NCBI GenBank assembly: GCA_019634925.1
Contig: JAHCAL010000009.1
Coordinates: 28-64,027 of the forward strand
Origin: Pseudomonadales bacterium
Lineage (GTDB): Bacteria > Pseudomonadota > Gammaproteobacteria > Pseudomonadales > Azotimanducaceae
Direction: 5' to 3'
Length of the DNA stretch: 64,000 bases
This document shows positions 31,191-44,832 of the stretch, one piece after another; within the stretch, counting starts at the first letter, position 1, and each line of letters begins with the position of its first letter. Below the pieces are notes generated by a model. It did not search any database. It worked only from the letters and a program-made list of their open reading frames with translations, and had not been told where the DNA came from. The translations under genes and the position numbers were made by a program.

Positions 31191-31694
31191 ATGGCGTACA
31201 CCGACGAAATTCGTGAAGAAGGGCTGGTCGAAAAACTGGTCCAGGTAAACCGGGTCGCCAAGGTCGTGAAAGGCGGGCGGATTTTCGGCTTCACCGCGCT
31301 CACCGTCGTGGGCGATGGCAACGGTCGGGTCGGCTTCGGCCGCGGCAAGGCACGTGAAGTCCCGGTCGCGATCCAGAAAGCCATGGAGTCCGCGCGCCGC
31401 AATATGGTGGACGTGGATCTGAACGGCTCGACCATCTGGTACCCCGTCACGGCCCGGCACGGTGCGTCGAAGGTATTCATGCAGCCCGCGTCGGAAGGTA
31501 CCGGCGTGATCGCGGGTGGCACCATGCGCGCGCTGCTCGAAGCCGCGGGCGTGCACAACGTGCTGGCGAAGTGTTACGGCTCGACCAATCCGGTCAACGT
31601 CATCCGTGCGACGTTCAAGGCGCTGACCAGCGTCAAGTCCCCGGAGACGATCGCGCGCAAGCGCGGCAAGACCGTCGAGGAGATCGGCGCCTGA
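31191..31694 (+). CDS. rpsE: 30S ribosomal protein S5
   Basis: 167 aa; [32 protein letters not shown]. Confidence 0.98.
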   Translation: MAYTDEIREEGLVEKLVQVNRVAKVVKGGRIFGFTALTVVGDGNGRVGFGRGKAREVPVAIQKAMESARRNMVDVDLNGSTIWYPVTARHGASKVFMQPASEGTGVIAGGTMRALLEAAGVHNVLAKCYGSTNPVNVIRATFKALTSVKSPETIARKRGKTVEEIGA

Positions 31695-31765
31695 AGCCGC
31701 TGCAGAGCGGCGCTTGCTGCCTGCGGGTGGCGCGACGTAACGGACAGTCGAAGGTAGTAGTGATC

Positions 31766-31951
31766 ATGAGTGGAAATAGAATTCGCGTCACGCTGGTTAA
31801 GAGTCCCGCCAAGCGGATGAAGCAGCACCAGGCCTGCGTCGCCGGGCTCGGACTGCGCCGTATCGGCCACTCCGTCGAAGTGGAAGATACCGCGGCAGTG
31901 CGCGGCATGATCAACCGCGTCAGCTACATGGTGCGGGTGGAAGGAGAATAG
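31766..31951 (+). CDS. rpmD: 50S ribosomal protein L30
   Basis: ATG 31766; [30 protein letters not shown]; 61 aa. Confidence 0.95.
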   Translation: MSGNRIRVTLVKSPAKRMKQHQACVAGLGLRRIGHSVEVEDTAAVRGMINRVSYMVRVEGE

Positions 31952-31954
31952 TCG

Positions 31955-32413
31955 ATGCATCTCAATGAACTGCGACCGGGCGCTGGCAGCAGAAAAGTCA
32001 AGACGCGGGTCGGCCGTGGTGCCGGCTCGGGTCTCGGCAAGACGTCGGGTCGCGGCCAGAAGGGTCAGGGCTCCCGCAAGAGCGGCGGCGTTCGGCCCGG
32101 CTTCGAGGGCGGCCAGATGCCGCTGCAGATGCGTGTCCCGAAGTTCGGCTTCCGTTCGCGTCTTGCACTCGAGACGGGTGAAGTGCGCCTGGGTGAGCTG
32201 GCCAAGGTCCCGGGGGACGTGATCGATCTCGAATCGCTCCAGGCAGCGAACGTGCTGTCGCGCAGCATCACGCGTGCGCGCATCTTCCTGTCTGGCGGCA
32301 TCGACCGCGCGGTGTCGGTGAACGAGGCGAGCGGACTCAGAGTCACCCGTGGCGCACGTGCGGCGATCGAGGCAGCCGGCGGCACGGTGACCGGGAGCAA
32401 GGTAGAAGGCTGA
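31955..32413 (+). CDS. rplO: 50S ribosomal protein L15
   Basis: 152 aa; [38 protein letters not shown]. Confidence 0.97.
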   Translation: MHLNELRPGAGSRKVKTRVGRGAGSGLGKTSGRGQKGQGSRKSGGVRPGFEGGQMPLQMRVPKFGFRSRLALETGEVRLGELAKVPGDVIDLESLQAANVLSRSITRARIFLSGGIDRAVSVNEASGLRVTRGARAAIEAAGGTVTGSKVEG

Positions 32414-33747
32414 TGGCAACCAACCCGGCACAGCTGGCTGGCGCGCAGGCGGGGCTCACTGAGCTGCGCAACCGTCTGCTGTTCGTGTTGCTGGCGCTGC
32501 TCGTGTATCGCGTCGGCACGCACATACCGGTTCCGGGCATCAACCCAGATCGCCTGGCTGCGCTCTTCGAGCAGCAGCAGGGCGGTATCCTCGACCTGTT
32601 CAACATGTTCTCGGGCGGCGCGCTCGAGCGAATGAGCATCCTCGCGCTCGGCGTCATGCCATACATCACCTCGAGCATCATCATGAACCTGCTCAGCATG
32701 ATGCACCCGGCGCTGCAGCAGCTGCGCAAGGAAGGCGAGGCCGGCCGTCGCAAGATCACCCAGTACACGCGTTACGGCACGTTGCTGATCGCGCTGATCC
32801 AGGGGACGTCGCTGTCCGCGACCCTGGCGCAGCAGGGGCTGGCATTCGCCCCGGGCTTCACGTTTTACTTCGTCGCGACCACCACGCTCGTGACCGGTGC
32901 ATTGTTCATGATGTGGCTCGGCGAGCAGATCACCGAGCGCGGCGTCGGCAACGGGATCTCCCTGCTCATCTTCGCGGGCATCGTTGCAGGCTTCCCGTCG
33001 GCCATCGCCCAGTCGTTCGAGGCTGCGCGCCAGGGCGACATCAACATCATTGCGCTCCTGGTCATCGGCGCGCTGGCCATAGCGATCGTGGCCTTCGTGG
33101 TATTCGTCGAGCGCGGGCAGCGGCGTATCACGGTGAACTACGCGAAGCGGCAGCAGGGTCGGCGCGTGTACCAGGCGCAGAGCAGTCATCTGCCGCTCAA
33201 GATCAACATGGCGGGCGTGATCCCCGCGATCTTCGCCTCGAGCCTGCTGCTCGCGCCGGCATCCATGGCGCAGTGGTTCGGCAACAGCCCCGGCATGTCG
33301 TGGCTCCAGGAGATATCGCTGGTGCTTTCCCCCGGGCAGCCGCTCTATATCCTGCTGTTCGCTGCCGGCATCGTATTCTTCTGCTTCTTCTATACGGCGA
33401 TCATGTTCGATCCCAAGGAAGTGGCGGACAACCTGAAGCGCCAGGGTGCGTATGTGCCGGGCATCCGGCCGGGCCAGCAGACTGCGAAGTACATCGACGA
33501 CGTCATCACGCGTCTGACGATCTTCGGTGCCCTGTACATCACGCTGGTGTGTCTGCTCCCCGAGTTCATGATCGTGTTCTTCAACATCACGTTCCAGCTC
33601 GGCGGTACCGCGCTCCTGATCGTCGTGGTGGTGGCCATGGATTTCATGGCGCAGGTTCAGGCACACCTGATGTCGAGTCAGTACGCGAAGCTGATGGAAA
33701 AGGCGAATCTCAAGAACTATGGGCGCGGCACGCCGGGCAGGCGTTGA
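32413..33747 (+). CDS. secY: preprotein translocase subunit SecY
   Basis: 444 aa, polytopic; [35 protein letters not shown]. Confidence 0.98.
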   Translation: MATNPAQLAGAQAGLTELRNRLLFVLLALLVYRVGTHIPVPGINPDRLAALFEQQQGGILDLFNMFSGGALERMSILALGVMPYITSSIIMNLLSMMHPALQQLRKEGEAGRRKITQYTRYGTLLIALIQGTSLSATLAQQGLAFAPGFTFYFVATTTLVTGALFMMWLGEQITERGVGNGISLLIFAGIVAGFPSAIAQSFEAARQGDINIIALLVIGALAIAIVAFVVFVERGQRRITVNYAKRQQGRRVYQAQSSHLPLKINMAGVIPAIFASSLLLAPASMAQWFGNSPGMSWLQEISLVLSPGQPLYILLFAAGIVFFCFFYTAIMFDPKEVADNLKRQGAYVPGIRPGQQTAKYIDDVITRLTIFGALYITLVCLLPEFMIVFFNITFQLGGTALLIVVVVAMDFMAQVQAHLMSSQYAKLMEKANLKNYGRGTPGRR

Positions 33748-33767
33748 ACCTCGTAGAGGAAGCGGAA

Positions 33768-33884
33768 ATGAAAGTCAGAGCATCGGTCAAGAAAATCTGC
33801 CGCAACTGCAAGATCGTCAAGCGCAACGGTGTTGTGCGGGTGATCTGCAGTGTCGAACCCCGCCACAAGCAGCGGCAGGGTTGA
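33768..33884 (+). CDS. rpmJ: 50S ribosomal protein L36
   Basis: [38 protein letters not shown]; 38 aa; GAGGAAG upstream. Confidence 0.96.
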   Translation: MKVRASVKKICRNCKIVKRNGVVRVICSVEPRHKQRQG

Positions 33885-33913
33885 GGGCACAGGGCTAACG
33901 ACGGAGCATATGC

Positions 33914-34270
33914 ATGGCACGTATTGCCGGTATCAACGTACCAGACAACAAGCACGCGGGCATTTCGCTCACGTACATCTATGGCATCGGCCGCACCAAG
34001 GCCCGTCAGTTGTGCGAGACCGTGGGCATCGATCCGAGCATGAAGATCCAGGATCTTCCGGACGACCGTCTGGATGCGTTGCGCAACGAAATCGCCAAGA
34101 TGTCGGTCGAAGGCGACCTGCGTCGCGAGGTTTCGATGAGCATCAAGCGGCTCATGGACCTCGGTTGCTATCGCGGGCTCCGGCACCGCCGTGGCCTCCC
34201 GGTACGTGGCCAGAGGACCCGCACCAATGCGCGCACGCGCAAGGGTCCGCGGCGACCGATCAAGAAGTGA
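33914..34270 (+). CDS. rpsM: 30S ribosomal protein S13
   Basis: 118 aa; [14 protein letters not shown]. Confidence 0.98.
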   Translation: MARIAGINVPDNKHAGISLTYIYGIGRTKARQLCETVGIDPSMKIQDLPDDRLDALRNEIAKMSVEGDLRREVSMSIKRLMDLGCYRGLRHRRGLPVRGQRTRTNARTRKGPRRPIKK

Positions 34271-34283
34271 GGGCTGAGAGATA

Positions 34284-34658
34284 ATGGCCGAGCGGAAAAA
34301 AGCCAAGCGCGTGGTGACCGAGGGCGTCGCCCACATCCATGCGTCGTTCAACAACACGATCATTACCATCACCGATCGTCAGGGCAACGTGCTGTGCTGG
34401 GCGACGTCGGGCGGATCCGGCTTTCGCGGATCACGCAAGAGCACGCCGTTTGCCGCGCAGGTCGCATCCGAGCGTGCGAGCAACGTGGCGATCGAATACG
34501 GCATGAAGAACGTGGATGTCTACGTCAAGGGACCCGGCCCCGGCCGCGAGTCCGCCGTGCGTGCCCTCAACGCCGCGGGCCTGCGGATCAACAGCATCGC
34601 CGACGTGACCCCGATTCCGCACAACGGCTGCCGTCCGCCCAAGCGTCGACGGGTCTGA
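34284..34658 (+). CDS. rpsK: 30S ribosomal protein S11
   Basis: 124 aa; [40 protein letters not shown]. Confidence 0.97.
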   Translation: MAERKKAKRVVTEGVAHIHASFNNTIITITDRQGNVLCWATSGGSGFRGSRKSTPFAAQVASERASNVAIEYGMKNVDVYVKGPGPGRESAVRALNAAGLRINSIADVTPIPHNGCRPPKRRRV

Positions 34659-34683
34659 GCGGGCAGGACAGGAGAACATACAG

Positions 34684-35304
34684 ATGGCTCGATACATCGG
34701 CCCCAAACTGAAGCTGGCGCGGCGCGAAGGCACCGATCTCTTTCTGAAGAGCGGCGTCCGCCCGATCGATTCCAAGTGCAAGATCGACACCCTGCCCGGG
34801 CAGCACGGTGCCCGTCGTGGCCGTCTGTCGGACTATGCGGTCCAGCTGCGTGAAAAGCAGAAGGTACGGCGCATCTACGGCGTCCTGGAAAAGCAGTTCC
34901 GCACCTACTACACCCGGGCGGAACGTCTGCGTGGTGCCACTGGTGAGAACCTCCTGCGCCTGCTCGAGTCCCGACTCGACAACGTGGTCTATCGCATGGG
35001 CTTCGGCGCCACGCGTGCGGAGGCGCGGCAGCTGGTCTCGCACAAGGGCATCACGGTCAATGGCCAGCTGGTGAACATTCCCTCGTACCAGGTGAGCGAG
35101 CAGGACGTCGTTGCCGTTGCCGAGAAGGCCCGCGGACAGCTGCGCGTGCAGTCGGCGCTGCAGCTGGCCGCCCAGCGCGCCTCCGTGGACTGGGTGGATG
35201 TGGACGCCAGCAAGATGCAGGGCGTGTTCAAGCGCTATCCCGACCGTGGCGAACTGGCATCAGAGATCAACGAATCCCTCATCGTCGAGCTGTACTCCAA
35301 GTAA
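34684..35304 (+). CDS. rpsD: 30S ribosomal protein S4
   Basis: 206 aa; [23 protein letters not shown]. Confidence 0.98.
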   Translation: MARYIGPKLKLARREGTDLFLKSGVRPIDSKCKIDTLPGQHGARRGRLSDYAVQLREKQKVRRIYGVLEKQFRTYYTRAERLRGATGENLLRLLESRLDNVVYRMGFGATRAEARQLVSHKGITVNGQLVNIPSYQVSEQDVVAVAEKARGQLRVQSALQLAAQRASVDWVDVDASKMQGVFKRYPDRGELASEINESLIVELYSK

Positions 35305-35328
35305 TCGAAGCTCAAGGAGACATATTGC

Positions 35329-36324
35329 ATGTCACAGTCGGTAACTGATTTCCTGACGCCGCGGCACATCGATGTCCAGGAGCTGGGACCCACCAGGGCG
35401 CGAGTGACCCTCGAGCCGCTGGAGCGCGGCTTCGGCCACACGCTGGGCAACACGCTGCGCAGGATCCTGCTTTCGTCCATGCCGGGCTGCGCGATCACCG
35501 AAGTACAGATCGACGGCGTTCTGCACGAATACAGCACGATCGAAGGCGTCCAGGAGGACGTGATCGACATCCTGCTGAACCTGAAGGGCGTGGCGGCGAT
35601 CCTGCACAACCAGGATTCCGCGGTGATCAGGATCGCCAAGGAAGGTGCCGGTCCGGTGACGGCAGGGGACTTCCAGCTGACCCAGGACATCGAGATCTCG
35701 AATCCCGGACACGTCATCTGCAACCTGAACGAGAACGGATCGATTCGCCTCGAGGCCAAGGTGACCCGCGGACGTGGGTACGTCCCGGTCGACAGCCTGG
35801 AAGAGGACGAAGAGAGCCGGCCGATCGGCGTGCTGCGCCTCGATGCGACGTACAGCCCGATGCGGCGTGTCGCCTACAGCGTGGAAAGCGCCCGGGTCGA
35901 ACAGCGCACGGACCTCGACAAGCTGATCCTCGACATCGAGACCAACGGCACCATCGATCCTGAGGAGGCGATCCGCCGGGCTGCGACGATCCTGCAGCAG
36001 CAGCTCGCGGTATTCGTGGACCTCGAGAGCGAGCACGAGCCGGCTGCCGAAATCCGCGAGGACGAGATCGACCCGATCCTGATCCGTCCCGTTGACGATC
36101 TGGAGCTGACGGTCCGTTCGGCGAACTGTCTCAAGGCCGAGAACATCTACTACATCGGCGACCTGATCCAGCGGACCGAAGTCGAACTGCTGAAGACGCC
36201 CAATCTCGGCAAGAAATCGCTGACCGAGATCAAGGACGTCCTGGCTTCGCGCGGACTCTCGCTCGGCATGCGGCTCGAGAACTGGCCGCCCGCTAGCCTG
36301 AAGGGCGACCACAAGGTCGCCTGA
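35329..36324 (+). CDS. rpoA: DNA-directed RNA polymerase subunit alpha
   Basis: 331 aa; [26 protein letters not shown]; C-terminal domain [22 protein letters not shown]. Confidence 0.98.
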   Translation: MSQSVTDFLTPRHIDVQELGPTRARVTLEPLERGFGHTLGNTLRRILLSSMPGCAITEVQIDGVLHEYSTIEGVQEDVIDILLNLKGVAAILHNQDSAVIRIAKEGAGPVTAGDFQLTQDIEISNPGHVICNLNENGSIRLEAKVTRGRGYVPVDSLEEDEESRPIGVLRLDATYSPMRRVAYSVESARVEQRTDLDKLILDIETNGTIDPEEAIRRAATILQQQLAVFVDLESEHEPAAEIREDEIDPILIRPVDDLELTVRSANCLKAENIYYIGDLIQRTEVELLKTPNLGKKSLTEIKDVLASRGLSLGMRLENWPPASLKGDHKVA

Positions 36325-36404
36325 GGCATCCCGCCGCCGTTCGGACTGTGGATTCACATGGCAGCGGTCGATCGACCGCTCTGCAAGAGAGATAGGAAAG
36401 AGTC

Positions 36405-36824
36405 ATGCGCCATCGCAAGAGTGGTCGACAACTTAATCGGAACAGCTCGCACCGGCAGGCGATGTTCCGCAACATGGCGGCCTCGCTGTTCGAACACGAG
36501 GTGATCAAGACGACGCTGCCCAAGGCCAAGGAATTGCGCCGGGTTGCCGAGCCGCTGATTACCCTGGCGAAGGACGACACGGTGGCGAATCGACGGCTCG
36601 TGTTCGCGCGGACGCGCAGCAAGACTGCGGTCGGCAAGCTGTTCGACGAACTCGGTCCGCGCTACCAGGCGCGGCCGGGTGGCTATACCCGCATACTGAA
36701 GTGTGGCACCCGCGCCGGCGATGCGGCACCCATGGCCTACATCGAACTGGTGGGCCGGGAACTCGCGCCGGAGATCGACGAAGACGTCGAGGACGTCACC
36801 ACGACGGAAGACGAGCGCGCCTGA
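36405..36824 (+). CDS. rplQ: 50S ribosomal protein L17
   Basis: 139 aa; [24 protein letters not shown]. Confidence 0.98.
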   Translation: MRHRKSGRQLNRNSSHRQAMFRNMAASLFEHEVIKTTLPKAKELRRVAEPLITLAKDDTVANRRLVFARTRSKTAVGKLFDELGPRYQARPGGYTRILKCGTRAGDAAPMAYIELVGRELAPEIDEDVEDVTTTEDERA

Positions 36825-36847
36825 CCCGCAAGCAGACGTCCGGCTCA

Positions 36848-36882
36848 CGCGCGGCGCCCCACGAGGCGCCGCGCGCATTTTG
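36848..36882 (+). terminator. terminator hairpin between convergent rplQ and uvrA
   Basis: CGCGCGGCGCC-CCACGA-GGCGCCGCGCG followed by CATTTTGGG. Confidence 0.6.
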
Positions 36883-36908
36883 GGATCTCGTCATCTGCCG
36901 AGTGAACG

Positions 36909-36935
36909 TTTCCCGAGCGATCATTTCCCGAGCGA

Positions 36936-36953
<18 letters not shown>
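36909..36953. repeat. 15-bp tandem repeat (about 3 copies) spanning the uvrA stop codon
   Basis: TTTCCCGAGCGATCA, TTTCCCGAGCGATCA, TTTCCCGAGCAAGGG. The third copy encodes the last uvrA codons (LLGK-stop on the minus strand). Confidence 0.85.
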
Positions 36954-39761
<2,808 letters not shown>

Positions 39762-39975
39762 GAGCGCTGCCTGCGAAGGGAAGGGCGGGAAAATAGCCCG
39801 ATCGCCAGGCACAGGCAAGCTCGCTGCCCGGGCGGATGCCGCACGCCCCGAACCGGTGCGGGCGGACGGACGCCCGGGTGCAGCGCGGGCGGGCTGCGCC
39901 GCCCTTGGAATGTGTTCAGGGCCGGGAATGGGATAGACTGACCGGCGTTTGGGGAAGCACGGACACGAAAAAACC

Positions 39976-40458
39976 ATGGCCCGCGGAATCAACAAGGTCA
40001 TCCTGATCGGCAATCTCGGCCGCGATCCGGAAACGCGCTACGCCCAGGGCGGGAGTCCGGTCACGAGCTTCAGCGTGGCGACTTCCGAGAACTGGCGCGA
40101 CCGCGTCTCCGGCGAACAGCAGGAACGGACCGAGTGGCACAATATCGTGTGTTTCGGCCGCCTGGCGGAGATCGCCGGGGAGTACCTGCGCAAGGGTTCC
40201 AAGGTGTATATAGAAGGAAGCCTGCGCACCTCGAGCTGGGAGCAGGACGGCCAGAAGCGCTACAAGACCGACATCGTCGCCCGTGAGATGCAGATGCTCG
40301 ACAGCCGCGGCGGGATGGGCGGCGCGGAAGGCGCCCCTTCCGGGTTCGAGCCACGCCGGCAGTCCGAAGGTCGCGCGGACAGCCGCGCCGACAACCGGGC
40401 CGACAATCGTCCCACCCTGGCCGACGAACCGGTCTTCGACGACGACATTCCGTTCTGA
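39976..40458 (+). CDS. ssb: single-stranded DNA-binding protein
   Basis: [22 protein letters not shown]; OB fold; acidic tip DDDIPF; 160 aa from ATG 39976. Confidence 0.97.
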   Translation: MARGINKVILIGNLGRDPETRYAQGGSPVTSFSVATSENWRDRVSGEQQERTEWHNIVCFGRLAEIAGEYLRKGSKVYIEGSLRTSSWEQDGQKRYKTDIVAREMQMLDSRGGMGGAEGAPSGFEPRRQSEGRADSRADNRADNRPTLADEPVFDDDIPF

Positions 40459-40510
40459 TCCGATCCCGGCGGGTGCCGGGCCGGGTCAGCGGCTGCGCCG
40501 GGTTGCCGGG

Positions 40511-41320
40511 TTAAAGTCGCTGGCCGTACCAGAGCGCAAGCAGCAGTCCGCCCAGGAACATTCGGTACACCACGTACGGCGTCATTCCGGTGCGGTCGAT
40601 CAGGGCGATGAAGGCCCTGATGCAGGCATAGGCCGAGACGCCGGCGATGGTCGCGCCGGCGAGAAGTGGCAGCCACCGGTCGGGCACGCCGGCTTCCAGC
40701 ACGTCGAGCGCCATGAGCACGCCCGCACCGCCGATGGTGGGAATCGCGAGCAGAAACGCGAAACGCGCGCCGGCAGCCCGGGACAGGCCGACCAGGAGCG
40801 CCGCGGTGATGGTGATCCCGGAACGGGAGGTGCCGGGCATCAGGGCGATGACCTGCATCAGGCCGATCACGATCGCGTCGCGCCAGGTGGGCACCGAGCG
40901 CTCACCCGGGCGCCGATCGGCGTACCAGAGCAGCAGGCCGAACACGATCGTGGCCCACGCGATCACGGGCACGGTGCGCAGCGTCGACTCCACCCAGTCC
41001 TTGAGCAGGAATCCCGCGATCACGATGGGAAGTGTCGCGAGTGCGAGTCTGAGCAGGAGTGCCCCGTCCTCGTCGAGCGCCCGGTGGCGGATGAGTTGCC
41101 AGCCGCCCGCGGCGAAGGCGGCCATGTCGCGACGGAAGTACACGAGTACGGCGCCAAGGGAGCCGACGTGCACGGCGACGTCGAAGGCCAGCCCCTGGTC
41201 CGGCCAGTCGGTCAGCAGCGCCGGCAGGATCAGGTGGGCGGAACTCGAGATCGGCAGAAACTCGGTGACGCCCTGGATCAGGGCGAGCGTGATGATCTGT
41301 AGCCACTCCATGGCATTCAT
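40511..41320 (-). CDS. uppP: undecaprenyl-diphosphate phosphatase
   Basis: 269 aa, polytopic; LALIQGVTEFLPISSSAHL and PGTSRSG motifs. Confidence 0.95.
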   Translation of the reverse strand: MNAMEWLQIITLALIQGVTEFLPISSSAHLILPALLTDWPDQGLAFDVAVHVGSLGAVLVYFRRDMAAFAAGGWQLIRHRALDEDGALLLRLALATLPIVIAGFLLKDWVESTLRTVPVIAWATIVFGLLLWYADRRPGERSVPTWRDAIVIGLMQVIALMPGTSRSGITITAALLVGLSRAAGARFAFLLAIPTIGGAGVLMALDVLEAGVPDRWLPLLAGATIAGVSAYACIRAFIALIDRTGMTPYVVYRMFLGGLLLALWYGQRL

Positions 41321-41405
41321 TCTAGCCAGTCCGCTGCCGGTCCGCTGCCGCTTCGAACCGGCGTGCGGTGGTGCCGGCGTTCCGGACGCATGCTATGGTG
41401 CCGCC

Positions 41406-42008
41406 ATGGCCGAAATCGTCGAGATTCCCCTGTTTCCGCTGCATCCGGTGCTGTTTCCGGGTGGCCGCCTGCCTCTGCAGATCTTCGAGCCGCGCTATCT
41501 CGACATGGTGGGGCGCTGCCTGCGCGAGGAACTCCGGTTCGGCGTCGTGCTGATCCGGCGCGGCAGCGATGCACGCCAGGGTCGCGAGGACGATCAGCCG
41601 GAAATCTTCGACGTCGGCACGGAAGCCGAGATCGTGGACTTCAACCAGCTCTCCAACGGCCGCCTCGGCATCGTCGTGCGCGGTGCGCGCAAGTTCCGGG
41701 TGCGTGCGGTACGCGAACAGCCGGATCACCTGCTGCTCGGTACCGTGGAGATCCTGCCCGAGGAGCCGGCGCTCGCGGTCGGCGCCGAGCACCAGGAACT
41801 GGTCGAGATCCTGCGCGAGCTGATCCAGCATCCACTGGTCAAGAAGCTGGGGCTCGAAATCGCCTTCGACGATGCGCGCTCGGTGGGGTGGCGGCTGGCG
41901 GAACTGCTGCCCATCGAGCCGGAGATCAAGCAGAGCCTGCTGAAGCTGCAGTGGCCGCGCGAGCGCCTGCAGGAACTGACCCGCCTGGTCGATAAACTGC
42001 GCGGCTGA
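41406..42008 (+). CDS. Lon N-terminal (LON substrate-binding) domain protein
   Basis: IPLFPLHPVLFPGGRLPLQIFEPRYLDMV is a typical Lon N-domain start; ~200 aa from ATG 41406. The upstream part of the 453-aa track ORF is antisense to uppP. Confidence 0.8.
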   Translation: MAEIVEIPLFPLHPVLFPGGRLPLQIFEPRYLDMVGRCLREELRFGVVLIRRGSDARQGREDDQPEIFDVGTEAEIVDFNQLSNGRLGIVVRGARKFRVRAVREQPDHLLLGTVEILPEEPALAVGAEHQELVEILRELIQHPLVKKLGLEIAFDDARSVGWRLAELLPIEPEIKQSLLKLQWPRERLQELTRLVDKLRG

Positions 42009-42096
42009 CGTATAATCGCGGCCCTTCGGCCGGCGTGCCGGCACCCCGGCGCAGGCTACCGGGCCGGCACGGCCCTGAACGCAACGGACCACGGTT

Positions 42097-43365
42097 ATGG
42101 GTACCCACTCGCTCGAGTCGTACATGCGCCAGGTGGGCGCGGACGCCCGGGCCGCATCGCGGCAGCTGGCCGCTGCGAGCACGGCCGACAAGTCGCGCGC
42201 GCTCCTGGCCATGGCGGACGGGCTCGCGGCAGGGCGGGCCGCACTGCTCGAAGCCAACGCGCGCGACGTCGAAGCCGCGGTGAGCGGCGGCCTCGAGCAG
42301 CCGCTGGTGGATCGCCTGGTGCTGGATGATGCCGCGATCGACCGCATGATCGAGGGCCTGCACCAGGTCGACAAGCTGCCCGATCCGGTCGGAGAAGTCA
42401 CCGATCTCGTCTACCGGCCGACCGGGATCCAGGTCGGCCGCATGCGCGTGCCCCTCGGCGTGATCGGCATCATCTACGAGTCGCGTCCGAACGTGACGGT
42501 GGAGGCGGCGAGCCTGTGCCTGAAGGCGGGCAACGCCAGTATCCTCCGCGGCGGTTCCGAGGCGTTCCATTCGAACCAGGCGATCGCCGCGGTGATCGCC
42601 GCGAGCCTGGATGCGGCGCGATTGCCGCGCGCCGCCGTGCATCTGCTCAACACCACCGACCGGGCCGCGGTGGGGGAACTCCTCCGCCTGGCGGAGTTCG
42701 TCGACGTGATCGTTCCGCGTGGCGGCAAGGGGCTGATCGAGCGCATCAGCCACGAGTCGACGATTCCCGTCATCAAGCATCTCGACGGGGTGTGCCATGT
42801 CTACATCGACGCGGACGCAGACGTCGACATGGCAGTCGCGGTTGCGCTCAATTCCAAGCTCTCGAAGTTTGCCGTCTGCAATGCGATGGAGACCCTGCTG
42901 GTCGCCGCGCCCATTGCCGATCGCGTGCTCCCTGCGCTGGGCGACGGCTTCGCGAAGGCTGGCGTGGAACTGCGCGGCTGCGCGCGTACCCGCGCCCTGC
43001 TCGCCGGTGCGCGACCCGCTGCCGAGTCGGACTGGCGCGAGGAATACCTTGGGCCGGTGCTGGCCATTCGCGTCGTCGAGGGGCTCGACGACGCGATCGC
43101 GCACATCAATACCTACGGATCCCAGCACACCGATGCAATCGTGACCAATCATTACGGGCGCGCCAGGCGTTTCCTCGCCGAAGTCGACTCGGCATCGGTG
43201 ATGGTCAATGCCTCGACCCAGTTCGCGGACGGATTCGAGTATGGCCTCGGCGCCGAGATCGGCATCTCGACCGACAAGCTGCACGCCCGGGGCCCGGTCG
43301 GCCTCGAAGGCCTCACCACGCAGAAGTACGTGGTGTTCGGCAACGGCGAGATCCGGCACCGTTGA
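42097..43365 (+). CDS. proA: gamma-glutamyl phosphate reductase
   Basis: 422 aa; [36 protein letters not shown]. Confidence 0.96.
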   Translation: MGTHSLESYMRQVGADARAASRQLAAASTADKSRALLAMADGLAAGRAALLEANARDVEAAVSGGLEQPLVDRLVLDDAAIDRMIEGLHQVDKLPDPVGEVTDLVYRPTGIQVGRMRVPLGVIGIIYESRPNVTVEAASLCLKAGNASILRGGSEAFHSNQAIAAVIAASLDAARLPRAAVHLLNTTDRAAVGELLRLAEFVDVIVPRGGKGLIERISHESTIPVIKHLDGVCHVYIDADADVDMAVAVALNSKLSKFAVCNAMETLLVAAPIADRVLPALGDGFAKAGVELRGCARTRALLAGARPAAESDWREEYLGPVLAIRVVEGLDDAIAHINTYGSQHTDAIVTNHYGRARRFLAEVDSASVMVNASTQFADGFEYGLGAEIGISTDKLHARGPVGLEGLTTQKYVVFGNGEIRHR

Positions 43366-44018
43366 TCGGTCTGCTGGGCGGTACCTTCGACCCCATCCAT
43401 CTCGGTCACCTGCATGCGGCGCGCAGCGTCTGCGTGGCACTGGCGCTGGAGCGGATCCGACTGCTGCTGGCTGCGCGACCCGGACACCGGGCGGCGCCGG
43501 TCGCGTCGATCGAGCATCGCTGGCGCATGCTGGAACTCGCCTGTGCCGACGATCCGCGGCTGGTCGCCGATGACCGTGAGGTGCGCCGGGCGGCGCGGCT
43601 CGCGCGGCCGTCCTATACGGTGGACACGCTCGAGGAACTGCGGGCCGAAGCGCCCGACGAGGCGTTGTGCTGGGTGGTCGGCAGCGACGCGTACCGCGGA
43701 CTGCTCGGCTGGCATCGTTGGCCGGACATCCTGACGCTCGCGCACCTGGTGGTGCTGCAACGGCCCGGTGTGCCGCTCGACCTCCCGGAAGCGCTTGCCA
43801 GGTTGTCCGACGAGCGGCGGGTCGAGACGGTCCCGTCCACTGGCGCGGGGAGTGTCCTGTTTCTCGAGCTGCCGATGCTTGCGATATCGGCGTCGGCCGT
43901 CCGGGCCGCGCTCGCAGGTGGCGCCAGCGTGGCGGATTTGCTACCCCCGGCAGTCTGCACCTATATTACAAATCATCGACTTTACGGAGTGGCGAGTGAC
44001 CCCGGAAGCGCTGCGTGA
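43362..44018 (+). CDS. nadD: nicotinate-nucleotide adenylyltransferase
   Basis: [16 protein letters not shown] (T/HxGH motif). Start assumed at TTG 43362, overlapping the proA stop; 218 aa. Confidence 0.85.
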   Translation: MIGLLGGTFDPIHLGHLHAARSVCVALALERIRLLLAARPGHRAAPVASIEHRWRMLELACADDPRLVADDREVRRAARLARPSYTVDTLEELRAEAPDEALCWVVGSDAYRGLLGWHRWPDILTLAHLVVLQRPGVPLDLPEALARLSDERRVETVPSTGAGSVLFLELPMLAISASAVRAALAGGASVADLLPPAVCTYITNHRLYGVASDPGSAA

Positions 44019-44367
44019 TTGCGTCGTCAGAGCCCTGGAGGACCGCAAGGGAATCGACATCCTGCCGCTCGACGTGCGCCGCATGACGAGCATCGCGGAC
44101 TACATGGTCATCGTCAGCGGTACCTCGAGCCGGCACGTCAAGGCGCTCGTCGATGCCGTCGTCGAGGCGGCAGTTGCGGCGACCGGTCGGAAGCGGATCG
44201 GCATCGAAGGCCAGCAGTCGGCCGAATGGGTCCTCGTCGATCTCGGCGACGTCATCGTGCACGTGATGCAGGCCGAACCGCGCCGATTCTACGACCTCGA
44301 GCGGCTCTGGTCCGAGGCGCCGTCCACCGCTGCCGCAGTCGCGACGGGTGCAGAAGCAGGCGCGTGA
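43996..44367 (+). CDS. rsfS: ribosomal silencing factor RsfS
   Basis: DYMVIVSGTSSRHVKALVD, WVLVDLGDVIVHVMQAEPRRFYDLERLW. GTG 43996 start assumed. Confidence 0.88.
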   Translation: MTPEALRDCVVRALEDRKGIDILPLDVRRMTSIADYMVIVSGTSSRHVKALVDAVVEAAVAATGRKRIGIEGQQSAEWVLVDLGDVIVHVMQAEPRRFYDLERLWSEAPSTAAAVATGAEAGA

Positions 44368-44831
44368 AACTGCGCATCGTGGCCGCCGGACAGCGCCTTC
44401 CTGCGTGGGTGGATGCCGGCTACCAGGAGTACGCGCGACGTATGCCGCGCGAATTCGCGCTCCGGCTCAGCGAGATCCCGATCGCTCCGCGCAAGGCGCT
44501 GCCCGTCGATCGTGCCCGTCGCGAGGAAGGTGAACGCATGCTCCAGCAGATCGACGCGGCGGAGCGGGTGGTTGCGCTGGCCGTCGACGGAATTGTCGTG
44601 ACGACCGAGGAACTCGCCCAGCGGCTGGGCCGCTGGGAGCGGGACGGGCGCGACGTGGTGTTTCTGATCGGTGGACCCGATGGTCTGGACGAAGCGTGTC
44701 TCGAGCGCGCAGATGAGCGGGTGTCGTTGTCCGCTCTCACGTTTCCGCACGGTCTGGTGCGGGTGATGCTGGCCGAACAGCTCTATCGGGCCTGGACCTT
44801 GCGCGCCGGCCATCCGTATCATCGCGCCTGA
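44364..44831 (+). CDS. rlmH: 23S rRNA (pseudouridine1915-N3)-methyltransferase RlmH
   Basis: VKLRIVAAGQRLPAWVDAGYQEYARRM...GHPYHRA; 155 aa (same as E. coli). GTGA overlap with rsfS. Confidence 0.92.
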   Translation: MKLRIVAAGQRLPAWVDAGYQEYARRMPREFALRLSEIPIAPRKALPVDRARREEGERMLQQIDAAERVVALAVDGIVVTTEELAQRLGRWERDGRDVVFLIGGPDGLDEACLERADERVSLSALTFPHGLVRVMLAEQLYRAWTLRAGHPYHRA

Positions 44832-44832
44832 T

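Noticed and set aside
39762-39975. Looked for a LexA/SOS box in the divergent uvrA-ssb control region.
   Set aside because: No CTGT-N8-ACAG site and no obvious TTAG...CTAA-type palindrome was found by eye. I make no SOS-box claim. This lineage's LexA motif may differ, and a PWM scan would be needed.
39762-40013. 84-codon N-terminal extension of the uvrA ORF up to ATG 40013.
   Set aside because: The extension (Pro/Arg/Ala-rich) has no UvrA homology and would cover the ssb promoter and start. In-frame TTG 39761 gives the canonical [14 protein letters not shown] start and a 941-aa length.
40345-40420. Repetitive [14 protein letters not shown] segment in the SSB tail as a possible novelty.
   Set aside because: SSB intrinsically disordered linkers are normally low-complexity and repetitive, and the acidic tip DDDIPF is intact.
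40647-41405. First 253 codons of the 453-aa plus-strand ORF.
   Set aside because: This part is antisense to uppP and Ser/Arg/Ala-rich. Only the part from ATG 41406 carries the Lon-N domain signature.
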